Assembly: GCF_036321535.1 (NCBI RefSeq)
Contig: NC_087436.1
Span: 61,878,001 to 61,942,000 of the forward strand
DNA from: Camelus dromedarius
Lineage: Eukaryota
Reading direction: 5' to 3'
DNA: 64,000 nucleotides
The notes under the pieces are model-generated. The model worked only from the letters and a program-made list of their open reading frames with translations. It was not told the DNA's origin and searched no databases. Both the position numbers and the translations under genes were made by a program. Below are positions 24,535 through 35,760 of this stretch, piece after piece. Within the stretch, counting starts at the first letter, position 1. Every line of letters begins with the position of its first letter.

Positions 24535-25272
24535 TAAAAAATATCCAGAATCCATACTTCCTCTGCTACCGTTGATCTAAACCACCATTCTCTTTCAGCT
24601 GAACTGCTGTGGTTTCCTCCTGACATGTCCCCTCCGTACCTCCACTCTTGCCCCTGACATCTACTCTGCACATAAACAACTGAATGATTAAAAAATTATT
24701 CATTCATATCAATATTCTGCTCAAAATTCTGCTATGGATCCCTAGCTCATTCAGACTTAAACTAGGTTTTCAATGGAGTGTGTAGCCCAAAAGAACTCTC
24801 CCTGTAGTTCTTGTGTGAAAGGGACTCTCTCAGTCTCCATCTCTAGTTCCCCTGTTCCTTTACCTCCAGGCACTCTGCCCTCTTTGTGGTTTGGTTAGTA
24901 AACATAGAAAATATAAAATGCTCTTCTACTTCTTCTTCCTCCAGGGACCTCACTAAAGAGCTCCATCACTTCCCTTAGTTATCTGTGCACATGTCTCCTA
25001 ACCAGGGAGGCTTTCACTGTGTTTTCCGATAAAAGAGCAGATCCACTGCCATTCTTACACTGACTGTCCTTTTTTTCTGCTTTGCTTTCATTCATTCTAC
25101 TTCCTACCTTAGTAGATTGTTTGTATATTTACTTATTGTCTATCTCCTCCCTAGAATGAAATTCACAGATCACACATGGAAAAATCTTGTCGATTCTGGG
25201 CACTGTGCCCAAAATAGTGTCTGATACCTAGTAGGCAGTCAATAAAAATTCAGTTAATACATGATTAATGAA
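24535..25272 (+). mobile_element. L2 LINE 3' fragment
   Basis: 'atatccagaatccatacttcctctgc...' through the L2 3' end 'tctgatacctagtaggcagtcaataaaaattcagttaatacatgattaatgaa'. Confidence 0.75.
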
Positions 25273-26209
25273 GGAAAAGGAATAGAATAGGAGAGGAATA
25301 GAAAAAATGGAAGATAGGGAAAAAAAGCACAGATAAGTAACTGTCAACAAATATTCTCTAGGATCTGTTTGATATTAGTGAAAAAATGAGGAGACACTAG
25401 TATTTACTGTCTTTTCTCTATAACTACAGAACTGTAGACCAAGTTTGAAAATTCTGATTTGTTGCTCAACTTTTATTTTCACCAGTTCATGAATTAGGTA
25501 TCCTTTTTGGTGTTTCTGCTAACTTACTGCCTGTTTTGTGATAGTATTTGTCAATATTATATTTATAATACAATATTGTAACCTATCTTTTATCGATTAT
25601 TTGCATTAGGTGTGGCTTAAGGAGATACAATAAAACCGGGAATACTCTTCAGCACATGCGACTTCTCTCTGTAACTTTCCCTCGTATTATTTCCTCTACC
25701 TCTGCCCTTTATGCTCACTGACTCTATTTTGGCAATTTTCTCTCAGGTCTTCTCCTCATATCCGACCATCTGTGACTAGAACATTTACACTTTAATGTGA
25801 AATTTAATGCCTCTTGTCTCTCAGATGTGATTTAATTTTAAAACTTATTTGGTATATTCATCTCAAGCATCCTGTTTTAAAATTTTCTCCAAGTTCTACA
25901 TATATTCAGATGTTCCTATGCATCTTTATCGTAAGTCCCAGAAGACAGATACACACACTCAAGCCACAGTATCTCGCATAGTATCTCAGGGAGTCTGCAA
26001 GTGTCCTGAGAGCAAGAACTTTTCTTTCACTTTTATATCACACATTTTGAGGAATTCAATAGATTAAACATTTAATAAATATTTTATAATAAATATGTGA
26101 ATGAATGAAATAAAATTTTTAGTGGGATAAACAGTAAAAACTCCATTTACAATAAATAATGTTTTATGGCCATGGATTTTGCTTAGTTGCTGTTTTATGT
26201 CTGTTTTTA

Positions 26210-26313
26210 TTTTCTTGTTTGTTTTTTTGTTTGCCATGATAGAAGTTTGTTGCTCATTTATATTTTCTTGTTCGTTTTTGTTTGCCACTATAGAAGTCTG
26301 TAGCTTATTTATT
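26210..26313. repeat. Diverged two-copy tandem duplication, unit ~52 bp
   Basis: 'ttttcttgtttgtttttttgtttgccatgatagaagtttgttgctcatttat' followed by 'ttttcttgttcgtttttgtttgccactatagaagtctgtagcttatttat'. Confidence 0.85.
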
Positions 26314-27179
26314 GAGACCAAGTTCAACTTCCTACTTTTGTAACACATTCAAGAGGAAATTTTCTTGTTGATATAGTATATATCCAAATATCATATATAT
26401 TGTTCATTTCTAGCATAGTTATGTAATACAATGAGAATTATATCCTTGTTCAAGTATACAGTTTATTATTCACAGTAAAAAGATAGGATGGAGAAAATAT
26501 TTTCTGTGACCTATATTCTTGAATATTTTAAAGCAAATGGCTTCTTTCTTGAAGATTTCTTAAAGACTGTGAAAAATATGTCAACTTCTTTTAGCATGAG
26601 TTCCAGTAAATAAGGTTCTGTATTACTTATATGAAGCTGCTCTGAATTGCATTCATGGACTACATAAATTCCATATCTTATTAAATTTATCATTAAAATT
26701 TTGTTAGTCATCGTCCCAAGGAAAGGTTCTGAATGCATTCTTCTAGAGACTTTTGATAACTTATTAAGTTATTTAGCATCAAACAAAAAACAAAACAAAA
26801 CAATCTATGTTTCTATGTAGAAAATACAATGAAAGTTACCGTTGAGAAAAATAATTTTCAAGAAAGAAAGAAACAAAAATCCCTTTTAATAGGACAGACG
26901 GTTTGCTTGAGTAAGCATTCATTTAAAACATGCATAATTGAGTATACTTTCAAATTACAAAATGGTTTGCTAGGGTAAAAAAAATAATGATATTAAGAGC
27001 TTTCCACCATTAATAACTGTTTTCCACCATTTAATCTGGTAATGGACCTACCTATTACTGACTTATTATCCCTGTCTATAGTGGGCTAATTATTTTGAAG
27101 AGGAAAAGGAAGAGAGGGAGGTTCAAATAGGGTAAAGTCTGAATGTTGATTTAAAATTCCTCAGAGGTTAATTAAAGAA

Positions 27180-27572
27180 TGTGGATAGTAGACACTGGCC
27201 TTATCTGGTTGACCTCTCCTGTCTGGACGCATGCAAGACCATTATTCCCAATCTTGTAGTTAGGTGGGCTTTATGATTCATTGTGCTCAACAGACCTAAG
27301 TAGAAGGAATGGGTGCCACATTAGGACTGAGGCTGTGTAAAATCCTTCTGCAACCCTCTTTCCCTTTTTCTTTTGCAGCATTCTGAAAGCTGCGGATTGT
27401 GATGAGGAAATCACAGTAAGAAAACCAACTAGTTCTCCCAAGATATCATTTAGTATAAAAGTGCCCTGGAAAGTTATTGAACCTCATCAGACTTTGCAAT
27501 AACAAGGCATAAGCTTCTCTTTTAAAAGCCACTTGTATTTCAGTGTAACTTGTTATTTCACCTACATAGTCT
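27180..27572 (+). mobile_element. Old MaLR LTR (MLT1J/K-like)
   Basis: 'cttgtagttaggtgggctttatga' and 3' end 'aagccacttgtatttcagtgtaacttgttat'. Highly decayed. Confidence 0.5.
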
Positions 27573-27744
27573 TTATGTTACATCACATGTTATGTTACAT
27601 AACATGATATAACCTTGCCTTTTTGTTAATGACAACTATGTTTATTTTATCTGCGCTGAAGTTCTAAGTGTGCTGAGTTGGATATTTGGGCATATATGCT
27701 ATGATGTACAGCCACTGAGTACCCCAGCATGTCCTTTTTGAGTC

Positions 27745-28550
27745 ACATAATATTTTTGAGTTCCCATTCTGCAGTGACATTCTGCTAGGCAATAGGAAGA
27801 CAAAGTTTAATAAAATATCACAATCTAAAAATGTAGAAAGATTATGAACAAGTAGTTACAATTCTGTGATAGTAGTAGTAACGTCAGTGCTTTTAAGAGT
27901 TAGAAATCAAGAGCTAATGAATGTTTGAGGAATACATTACCTAAGTGATTCAGAAAAATAATCACAGAAGAAATATTGGAGATATACTATGTGTATGCTA
28001 AAGGCTAAGAAGAAAGTTCCAGTGCCCAAAGGAGAAAGGCTTTCTGGATGACAGAAGTGACATATTCAATAGTACAAGGCACACGTTTGACACATAATTC
28101 ATGGAAACTAGTTGCTAGCCTCTAGGTCAAGGAGTGAACAGAGGTAAGAAGTGGAGGGTGGTATTATTACTATAGTTTAGATACATCCTGCCAACAGTGA
28201 AAAATCCATGACAGATTTATAAGTTGGGCAAACACATGATTATATTTTTTTCAAATATTTTATAGACATGTGGAAGATAGACAAAAGATAGAGGACTTGG
28301 AGGCAGGAAGATTCATTAGGTTTTTAAAATAATACAGATGAGACTAATTCAGATCTCCACAGTAGTGGTGGTGCACATGGAGAGAATGATGTACAATTTA
28401 GAGCCATTAATAGGGAGGAGGGCTTGTTATATTTAGAAATGTTGCGTGTTACAGGAGAAAGAAGATACAGAAATTATAGTAAAGTTTCCAGTTTATGTGA
28501 CTGGGAAGAAAGTAATGCTATTAATACAAAGAGGGTCCAAAAGGGGGAAA
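27745..28550 (-). mobile_element. L2 LINE fragment
   Basis: Reverse L2 text 'atatttttgagttcccattctg...ttctgctaggcaataggaagacaaag', 'ggacttggaggcaggaagattcattagg'. Confidence 0.65.
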
Positions 28551-28551
28551 A

Positions 28552-29038
28552 TGGGGTAGGTAGAATAATGGTTCCATTAGATATCCATGTCTTAATCTCT
28601 GAAAGCTCTAAATGTTACCTTATATAAAAAAACAATTTTCAGGTCTGGTTAAGTTTAGGATCATGAAAAGGGGAAATTACCCTGGATTACCCAGGTAGAT
28701 CTTAAGTGTAAACACAAGTGTTCTTATAAGATGGAAGCAGAGGGAGGCTTCAGACAGAAGAGGAGATGGCAATATGGCCATGGAGGCAGAGATTGGACTG
28801 AGGTGTCCATATACCAAGGATGCCAGCAAAAGCTGAAAGCTGGAAGCTGGAAGAGGCAAGAAATGGATTCTCTCCTGAAGTCTCCTGAGTGAGTGCAGCT
28901 CTAGTAATATATTGATTTCAGCTCATTGAAACTGATTTTGGACTTCTGGTCTCCAGAACAGTGAGAGAATAGTTTTCTGGTAGCTTAAGACACTAAGTTT
29001 GTGATAATTTTTTACAGCAGCAATAGGAAACTCATTCA
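28552..29038 (+). mobile_element. MaLR solo LTR, MLT1D-like
   Basis: 'tggggtaggtagaataatgg...ccctggattacccaggt...gctggaagaggcaagaaatggattctctcc...ttttggacttctggtctccagaac...acagcagcaataggaaactcattca'. Confidence 0.9.
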
Positions 29039-29744
29039 AATTTATTAGATTGGCTTAGATTCTGGCTATGAGTATGTATGTGTATGTATTTGTATGTTCA
29101 TGTATGGTTTGGAAATGAATGTATGTGTGGGGGTATGTGTGCATGAGGACTGATGGACATGTAGAGGAAGAGAAACTCTAAAGCTGAAATAAACTAAAAC
29201 AAGCAACTTGGAAAACCTGTGCTTCTCAATTCTCTCCACTGATACTGCATTAAAGATAACTGGTATGAAAATATCAGAGGAAGTTAAGAGACGAAGGTTG
29301 TAGGCAGGCCAGGAAAATCATCCTAGCTGGTGGAGAAAGTGCTGTTGGGAGGGCTAGCATGGACTCTGATTCCTAGCCTGGTACTGTGAACCTTAAATTC
29401 TGAGCCTCAGCACATCTCCAAGTCCTGTATACCAGCTCTACATTTTTTACTATCCTTCTTTTAATGACTTTCAAGACAAAGATAATAAAAGAAGAATTTC
29501 ATGAAAATCACTTGAAATATCCAGATAGAAAATTAATTAATTAATTAATTAAAATGGTGGGAAATAAAAATGGTATTTATGACAACCATGAGATAGTACC
29601 CATATATCCTTCCTCTATGTCCAACCATGTGGAGAGAGTAGAGAATAGGATAATCACACAGGTCCATCTTTGAACTGAGCAGAGAATGCTGTAAAATCCA
29701 GTAATACTTTGTGAATCCTCTGGTGTGAGTTTCTGAGCAGATAA

Positions 29745-29960
29745 TAATTATAGTGAACATCAACTGAGTCAGACACCATTTCAAGGACTTTTTGTGTGTC
29801 ATCTGTTAATTTCTCATGATATCACCATAAAAGAGGTTTTACCTGTATGCTTATCTCTGTTTTATAGATGAAGAAGTGGAGGCACAAAGAGGTGAATTCA
29901 CAGCTAGTAGCAATAGGGTCAGGGGTCAAACTGAGCGCATGTTCTTAATCAATGTGCCAC
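29745..29960 (-). mobile_element. MIR SINE
   Basis: 'ctctgttttatagatgaagaagtggaggcacaaagaggtgaa' is the reverse MIR core. Confidence 0.75.
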
Positions 29961-30247
29961 AGATTTTACTCACAGTCAAATGAGACTCAGATTCATCTCT
30001 AAGGTTCCTATTGAAACTTCTTAATTTGGAGGGAGCCATTCTAATGCTTGGGGAGTGTTCTGAAAATGATCTTTGATGTGTGTGTTACACTCAGCAGCAA
30101 CAGCAGCAATGACAACATGAAGTCAACCAGTTTTGGAAGCCCTTCTAAAAATCTCAGGTTTCACTCATGGTTCCTGAGCTCAGACTCTTCTGGAATTCAG
30201 TTACTGAAATAGACATGTGCTTCTTCATTCCAATTCCTCCCTCTCTT

Positions 30248-31538
30248 AAAAAAAATTATTTTATATGAATTTAAAGGTTACTTTCCATTTACAATTATTA
30301 CAGAAAACTGGCTATACTCCCCGTGTTGTACAATACATCCTTGAGTCTATCTTATACCCAATAGTTTGTACTTCTTACTCCCTCATCCCTAAATTGCTCC
30401 TTTCCCCCTCTGGTAACCACTAGTTTGTTCTCTATATCTGTGAGTCTGCATCTCTTTTGTTATATGAACTAATTTGTTAGATTCCACACATAGAAGTGAT
30501 ATCATACCATATTTATCTTTCTCTGTCTGGCTTATTTAACTTAGCATAATGCTCTCCAAGTTCATCTATATTGCTGCAAGTGGCAAAATCTTATATTTTT
30601 ATGTCTGAGTAGTATTCCATTATAAATATATACTATTTATAATATATAAATAATGGAATATATATATACACCATATCCATTCATCTGTTGATGGACACTT
30701 AGGTTACTTCCATATCTTGGCAGTTGTAAATGATGCTGCTGAACATTGGGGTACATGTATCTTTTTTAATTGGTGTGGGGTTTTTTGTTTGTTTTTTGTT
30801 TTTTTAGATATATACCCAGGAGTGGAATTGCTGGATCATAGAGTAGTTCAATTTTTTATTTATTTAGAAACCTCCACACTGCTTTCCACAGTGGTTCCAC
30901 CAATTTACATTCCCACCAACAAAGTACAGGGTTTCATTTCCTCTTGATCCTTGCCAATGTTTGTTATTTGTGTTCTTTTTGATGATAGCCAGTCCGACAG
31001 GTGTGCTGTGATACCTCATTGTAGTTTTGCTCTGCATTTCCATGATGATTAGTGAGGCTGAGAATCTTCACTTGTCTGTTAGCCATCTGCATTTCCTCTT
31101 CAGAAAAATGTCTATTTAGTTCTTCTGTCATTTTTTAAAGAAACAGAAGTTCAGAAACAGAAATTAAAGGAACAATCAATTCCATTCACCGCCACATCAA
31201 GAAGAAAAAAATACCTAGGAGTAAACCTACCTAAGGAGGCAAAAGACCTGTACTCTGAAAACTATAAGACACTGATGGAAGAAATCAAAGATACACAAAT
31301 AGATGGAAAGATATGTGTTCTTGGATTGGAAGAATTAATATTGTTAAAATGTCCATAATAACTAAGGCAATCTACAGATCAAATGCAATCCCTATCAAAC
31401 CACCAAGAACTTTTTCACAGAACTAAAACAAATAATTTTAGAATTTGCATGGAAACACAAAACACCCCTAGTAGCCAAAACAGTCTTGAAAAAGAAGACC
31501 AGAGCTAGAGGAATTATGTTCCCTGACTTCACACTAAA
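30248..31538 (-). mobile_element. Cetartiodactyl-type L1 with 5' inversion (minus 30248-~31139; inverted plus ORF2 segment ~31150-31538)
   Basis: Reverse 3'UTR and ORF2 end, then a plus-strand ORF2 segment (...[28 protein letters not shown]...PDF). Whole unit bounded by TSD ctccctctctt (30237-30247 / 31539-31549). Confidence 0.92.
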
Positions 31539-32859
31539 CTCCCTCTCTTTTTTTATCTTGGCACCAGACTTTGATAATCCTCAAGCTACCTGATAAAACA
31601 TTCAGGCTGATAGACCTAATCAGAACAAGTCTGATTATGACACAAACACATAGATAATAGTTGATAAGATAGAATGAATAGGAAATAAAATCTTATAGTT
31701 AAATAGAAAATAATTTTTTAATATCCTTATTGAAAATTATTCTACACTATCCAAGACACTTCTCTTTTTTGATGAAAAGCTTTTATGTATTTCATGATTG
31801 TCACTTAAAATTGATTTTCACATTTAACACTGTTGCTGATAAAGAAAACCTAATGACCCACATTAAATGTATAATGATGTCATGGTATAAATTGAATTTG
31901 CCATTGTAATTTTTAACATTGCCTTAAATGGCTTATTTATTAAGCCATCTATATTTTATTTCTCTATATGCAAAAGATACAATTTAAAGTCAAAATACTT
32001 TATTAATTGAGATTTCTAATAAGTAGATTTTCAATTAATTTAAACGTAGGCCCCTATAATAGTTTTTCCATGTAACCGCTATTGAAAAAAGAATCATATG
32101 GCAAAAATAAATTATTTCATCTTTTATTTAAAACATTTGAAAACAGACTCTTTTTTTTAAAATGATTCATTTTCATTCCTATTATTGTAAAATTAGGACA
32201 TGAAAAGGAAATACATTCAAATACTTTCTCAAGGATGTGCAATTGAATATCTGTCTCCAGGACACAGGCCTAGTCTCCCTTTTCTAGTGTCCACAGTCTT
32301 GAACTGCTTCTGATTTTAGTACACATGTTGGTTGTCTACATTAGACTGATTGTAGGCTTATGCCACTATTTCTTTATTGATCAACTATAAGTGTTATCTG
32401 ACGCCATTTATTGAAGACTAATTCCGTTAAACTCCTTCCTCTTCCCCCATTCCATGTTTTATAATAAATATTGGTTTTATTGATTATATAATTTTAAATA
32501 ATGTACTTAAATCTCTATTTCTCGATCCATCAGTCTCAGAATCTCTTGACTTTGTCCCTCCTTCCTTTCCTTCTCTACTTTGCATTTTTGCCAGCATCAC
32601 TTTACATTGTCAACAATTTACATCACTTGCATTCTACAGACTTCCATGAGTATAGACCTGTAAAATTAGAGACATCCACGATTTTACTACAGCTCCACTC
32701 TGAAAATTTAAGGACAAGACATAGTGGTGGCCACATTAAGATTATGTCAACATTATTTATTTGGAAAACAGGTAGAGCATTAGAGAAGTGGTGGCTCCAG
32801 GTCACTGAACTTATACAACTAGACAGGGAAAACCCCCAGGTACTAAAACATTCTCTCTC

Positions 32860-33020
32860 TTTTTTTTAATTGAAGTACAGTCAGTTACAATGTGTCAATT
32901 TCTGGTGTACAGCATAATGTCCCAGTCATGCATGTATATACATATATTGGTTTTCATATTCTTTTTCATTAAAGGTTATTACAAGAAATTGAATATAGTT
33001 CCCTGTGCTATACAGAAGGG
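32860..33020 (-). mobile_element. Young L1 3' tail (camelid-like)
   Basis: 'ttttttttaattgaagtacagtcagttacaatgtgtcaatttctggtgtacagc...gaatatagttccctgtgctatacag'. Reverse homologue of the tail at 39640-39950. Confidence 0.88.
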
Positions 33021-33289
33021 AAAAAAATCTTTTTTAAACTTAGTTCATCATTCAAAATTGTTTCACATTTTAGTTTGCTTTACACCGTCTTTCTTACTCA
33101 GAGCTCTGGATTTTCTCTTGGATTTTCTACCTACCTTTCTGGGGTTTTTGTTTGTTTGTTTCTTTGGTTTTTTTGTTTTTTTTTTTTTTTTTTTTTTTTA
33201 GCCTCAAGAACTATATGCCTTCATCAAATCAGGTCAATCTCTAACGGTTTCTTGAATGCTGTAATAGTGACTCCTCCTTAGGCATGCTG

Positions 33290-34781
33290 AACAGTTGCCA
33301 CTGGGTATTTCTTGTCTGCTCCTTTCTGAAGCTCCTGACACTTCCTTGAGTGACTTTTTTCCCCTGCAGAGTGTGTGTGTGTATTTCAGAATGGACACAT
33401 TGGAAGTAAACTTTCTGCATCTTATTTCGCTCAGTCTCTGTAGTTGAAATATATCGTCATTTAGCTTCCAGTGAGGCTGGGAGAAATCTGAAGTTCATTA
33501 TGATTCTCATTTCCTTGTAGAGGACTTGCTTTTTCTCTCTGAAAACTTAATCTGAAGGCATATGTCTGTATCTCTAGCTCTGAAAATTTCCTTTCTGTTA
33601 TTTTTTGTGTGTGTGATAATTTCTTCCTATACTTTTCTTTCATTTTTTCCCTGGTATTTAAATGTTTCATCATTCTTCCTATGAAGGAGTTTGGAAATAT
33701 GGAATGTCAGTATTTTCTCTACTATTTTTTAATCTATTTTGTCTTTTTAGTTCTGTGTTCTGAAATAATTTCTTACCTTCCTTTTCACATATTTTATTGG
33801 ATTCAATTTTTAGTAGCCATATTTTAAATTTTATATAACTGTTACCCAAATTCATAACAATCTGTTTATATTTCATTGAAATAACATCTTATCTAAACTC
33901 TCTGAACATATTAATTAGAAGGAATTTGTTTGTTTACACTCTGTTCTCTAACCTGAATTTTATTGCTTCTTCTTCAGTATTAATTGTCTCATTTGTTCAT
34001 CTTTACCCTTCTCTTTTGAACTATTGAATTTCTGAAATATCAACTGATCCTTAAGTGATGATTGATGAACATAAAATAAAGGGGCAGGTAGATTAGTTAG
34101 ATGGCTGGCAGGGGTTTCCTCAGATGTTACAGGCCTATTGCTTGAATGAGAGTTATGTTTGCAGCATGTGTATATACGTGTGATATTTGAAGATTTTACT
34201 GTGATATTTCCAGGGCACGAGTATGAAGCTGGCACACAAGGTAAGAATCCAGACACATTCAAATACCAAAACAAGGCTGGTCTGACTAATGTGAACAAAC
34301 CCTCAGTCTGGGAGCCATGGATCTTCCTCAACATATCACTCAATCTATATCTGACATCGAGGCAAACACCACTTCCTGATGCACAGGAATGGAGGTGGCC
34401 TGAACATGCACGTCTTTCAGATTGATTCCCCATCAATCATTGTGATTTCTGCCCTTCCTCCCACATCCTCTCTTCTTTAGCTTCTATCTCCAGGGAGCTG
34501 CATTGTGCAAAATTGCTCCTAGCTCCACTGCAGTTTTTTCTGTTGAAGATACTGAGCAGTAGCTCTTTTTATTCTAATATATCCATCAAGATGCTCCCAT
34601 CAGTCTTCTGTCTTCCTGAAATTCATTCTAATCTTTTGACTGCTGATGTTTCTCTCCTGCCATTCTCAGAAGCTCTGCGGATTTATTCACTTTCACATTT
34701 CTTCACTGAACACTTCATGGATTTTTGAGATACAGGAGAATTTAATAAAATTTCTAACTCTAATAACTGGAACCAGAAGTC
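33290..34781 (-). mobile_element. Old L1ME/HAL1-like 5' region (ORF1 remnant and 5'UTR)
   Basis: 'gagaaatctgaagttcattatgattctcatttccttgtagaggacttgctttttctctctg' is typical antisense ORF1 text. Terminus 'ctggaaccagaagtc' resembles the L1ME/HAL1 5' end. Confidence 0.6.
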
Positions 34782-35257
34782 TTGTGAGAATTTCTAAATG
34801 TTATTTCATAAAGAAGAGCGATTCACTTATTTAAAGTCAATACCAAAGAAATATTCCCAGTTATGTATACATTTTTATATAAAATAAAGAGTTAAGTTCT
34901 TCTTTCTACAGTATTTACATAAATTTCCAAAGATAAACTAAATGAGCAAGAAAGAATTCAAGGAAAAAACACTTTTATAGATTTAAAAAACAAAAAGCTT
35001 TAAATAATATTTTATTTTCAAAAACAAGTTAAAAATGATTGATAGATTGAGAAACTGTAATTTCAATACATATAGCTAAAAATAAATATACCATTTATAT
35101 CACTCTTATAATTTATTAAATTATGAAAAAAATGTTAAATATTTTAACTGTCAGAAAGGGCTACAGGTTATGAAGAGGTACATTAAGAATTGAAATGGCT
35201 AATAAATATTTTTTAAAACTTTAAATTATGGGGAAAATCAAAATTTTTAGCAGATAT

Positions 35258-35760
35258 AATAGGACTTTTTTGGATGCAAGTGCTAAAAACACAAGTTGAA
35301 TTAATTTAAGCAAAAAGAGAATGTACTAAAGGAATATTGATATAGTTTACTGAATCAAAAGATGAGGTACAGGCCCCAGGGTGCTTCTGGGGATTCTAAG
35401 TCACCCAGTGTTTCCAAGACATTTACTCTCTAAGAGTGACTCTCATATGTTCATCTCTCTGCTTGGATAGAATCTTTTCTGGTGTAGAAAGTGAATATCT
35501 GTCTTATTTAGTGACCCAAAATTCCCAGAGTTAAATCTATCTTCTTTAGTGACCCTGGAGGAGAGCTCCTGCTTCTTGGGAAGAACTCTGACCTACATTG
35601 CCATGTGTGCCAACCATGAACAAATAAATATGGCTCTGGGCACTGAATGCACCACATTGGTTTCCATGCCAAGATCTGTGGTCATGGAGTGGTGACTGGG
35701 TTGGCTACCAACAAAAGAAGATGGAGACATTCTGCTCATCAGACAAAACAAGAATTACAC
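35258..35760 (-). mobile_element. Old MaLR LTR (MLT1K/N-like)
   Basis: 'aggacttttttggatgcaagtgctaaaaacacaagttgaattaatttaagcaaaaagagaatgt' resembles the reverse 3' end of old MLT1. Confidence 0.55.

Noticed and set aside
33960..34436. 158-aa ATG ORF on the minus strand
   Set aside because: Lies within the decayed L1ME/HAL1-like 5' region. No recognisable domain or splice context.
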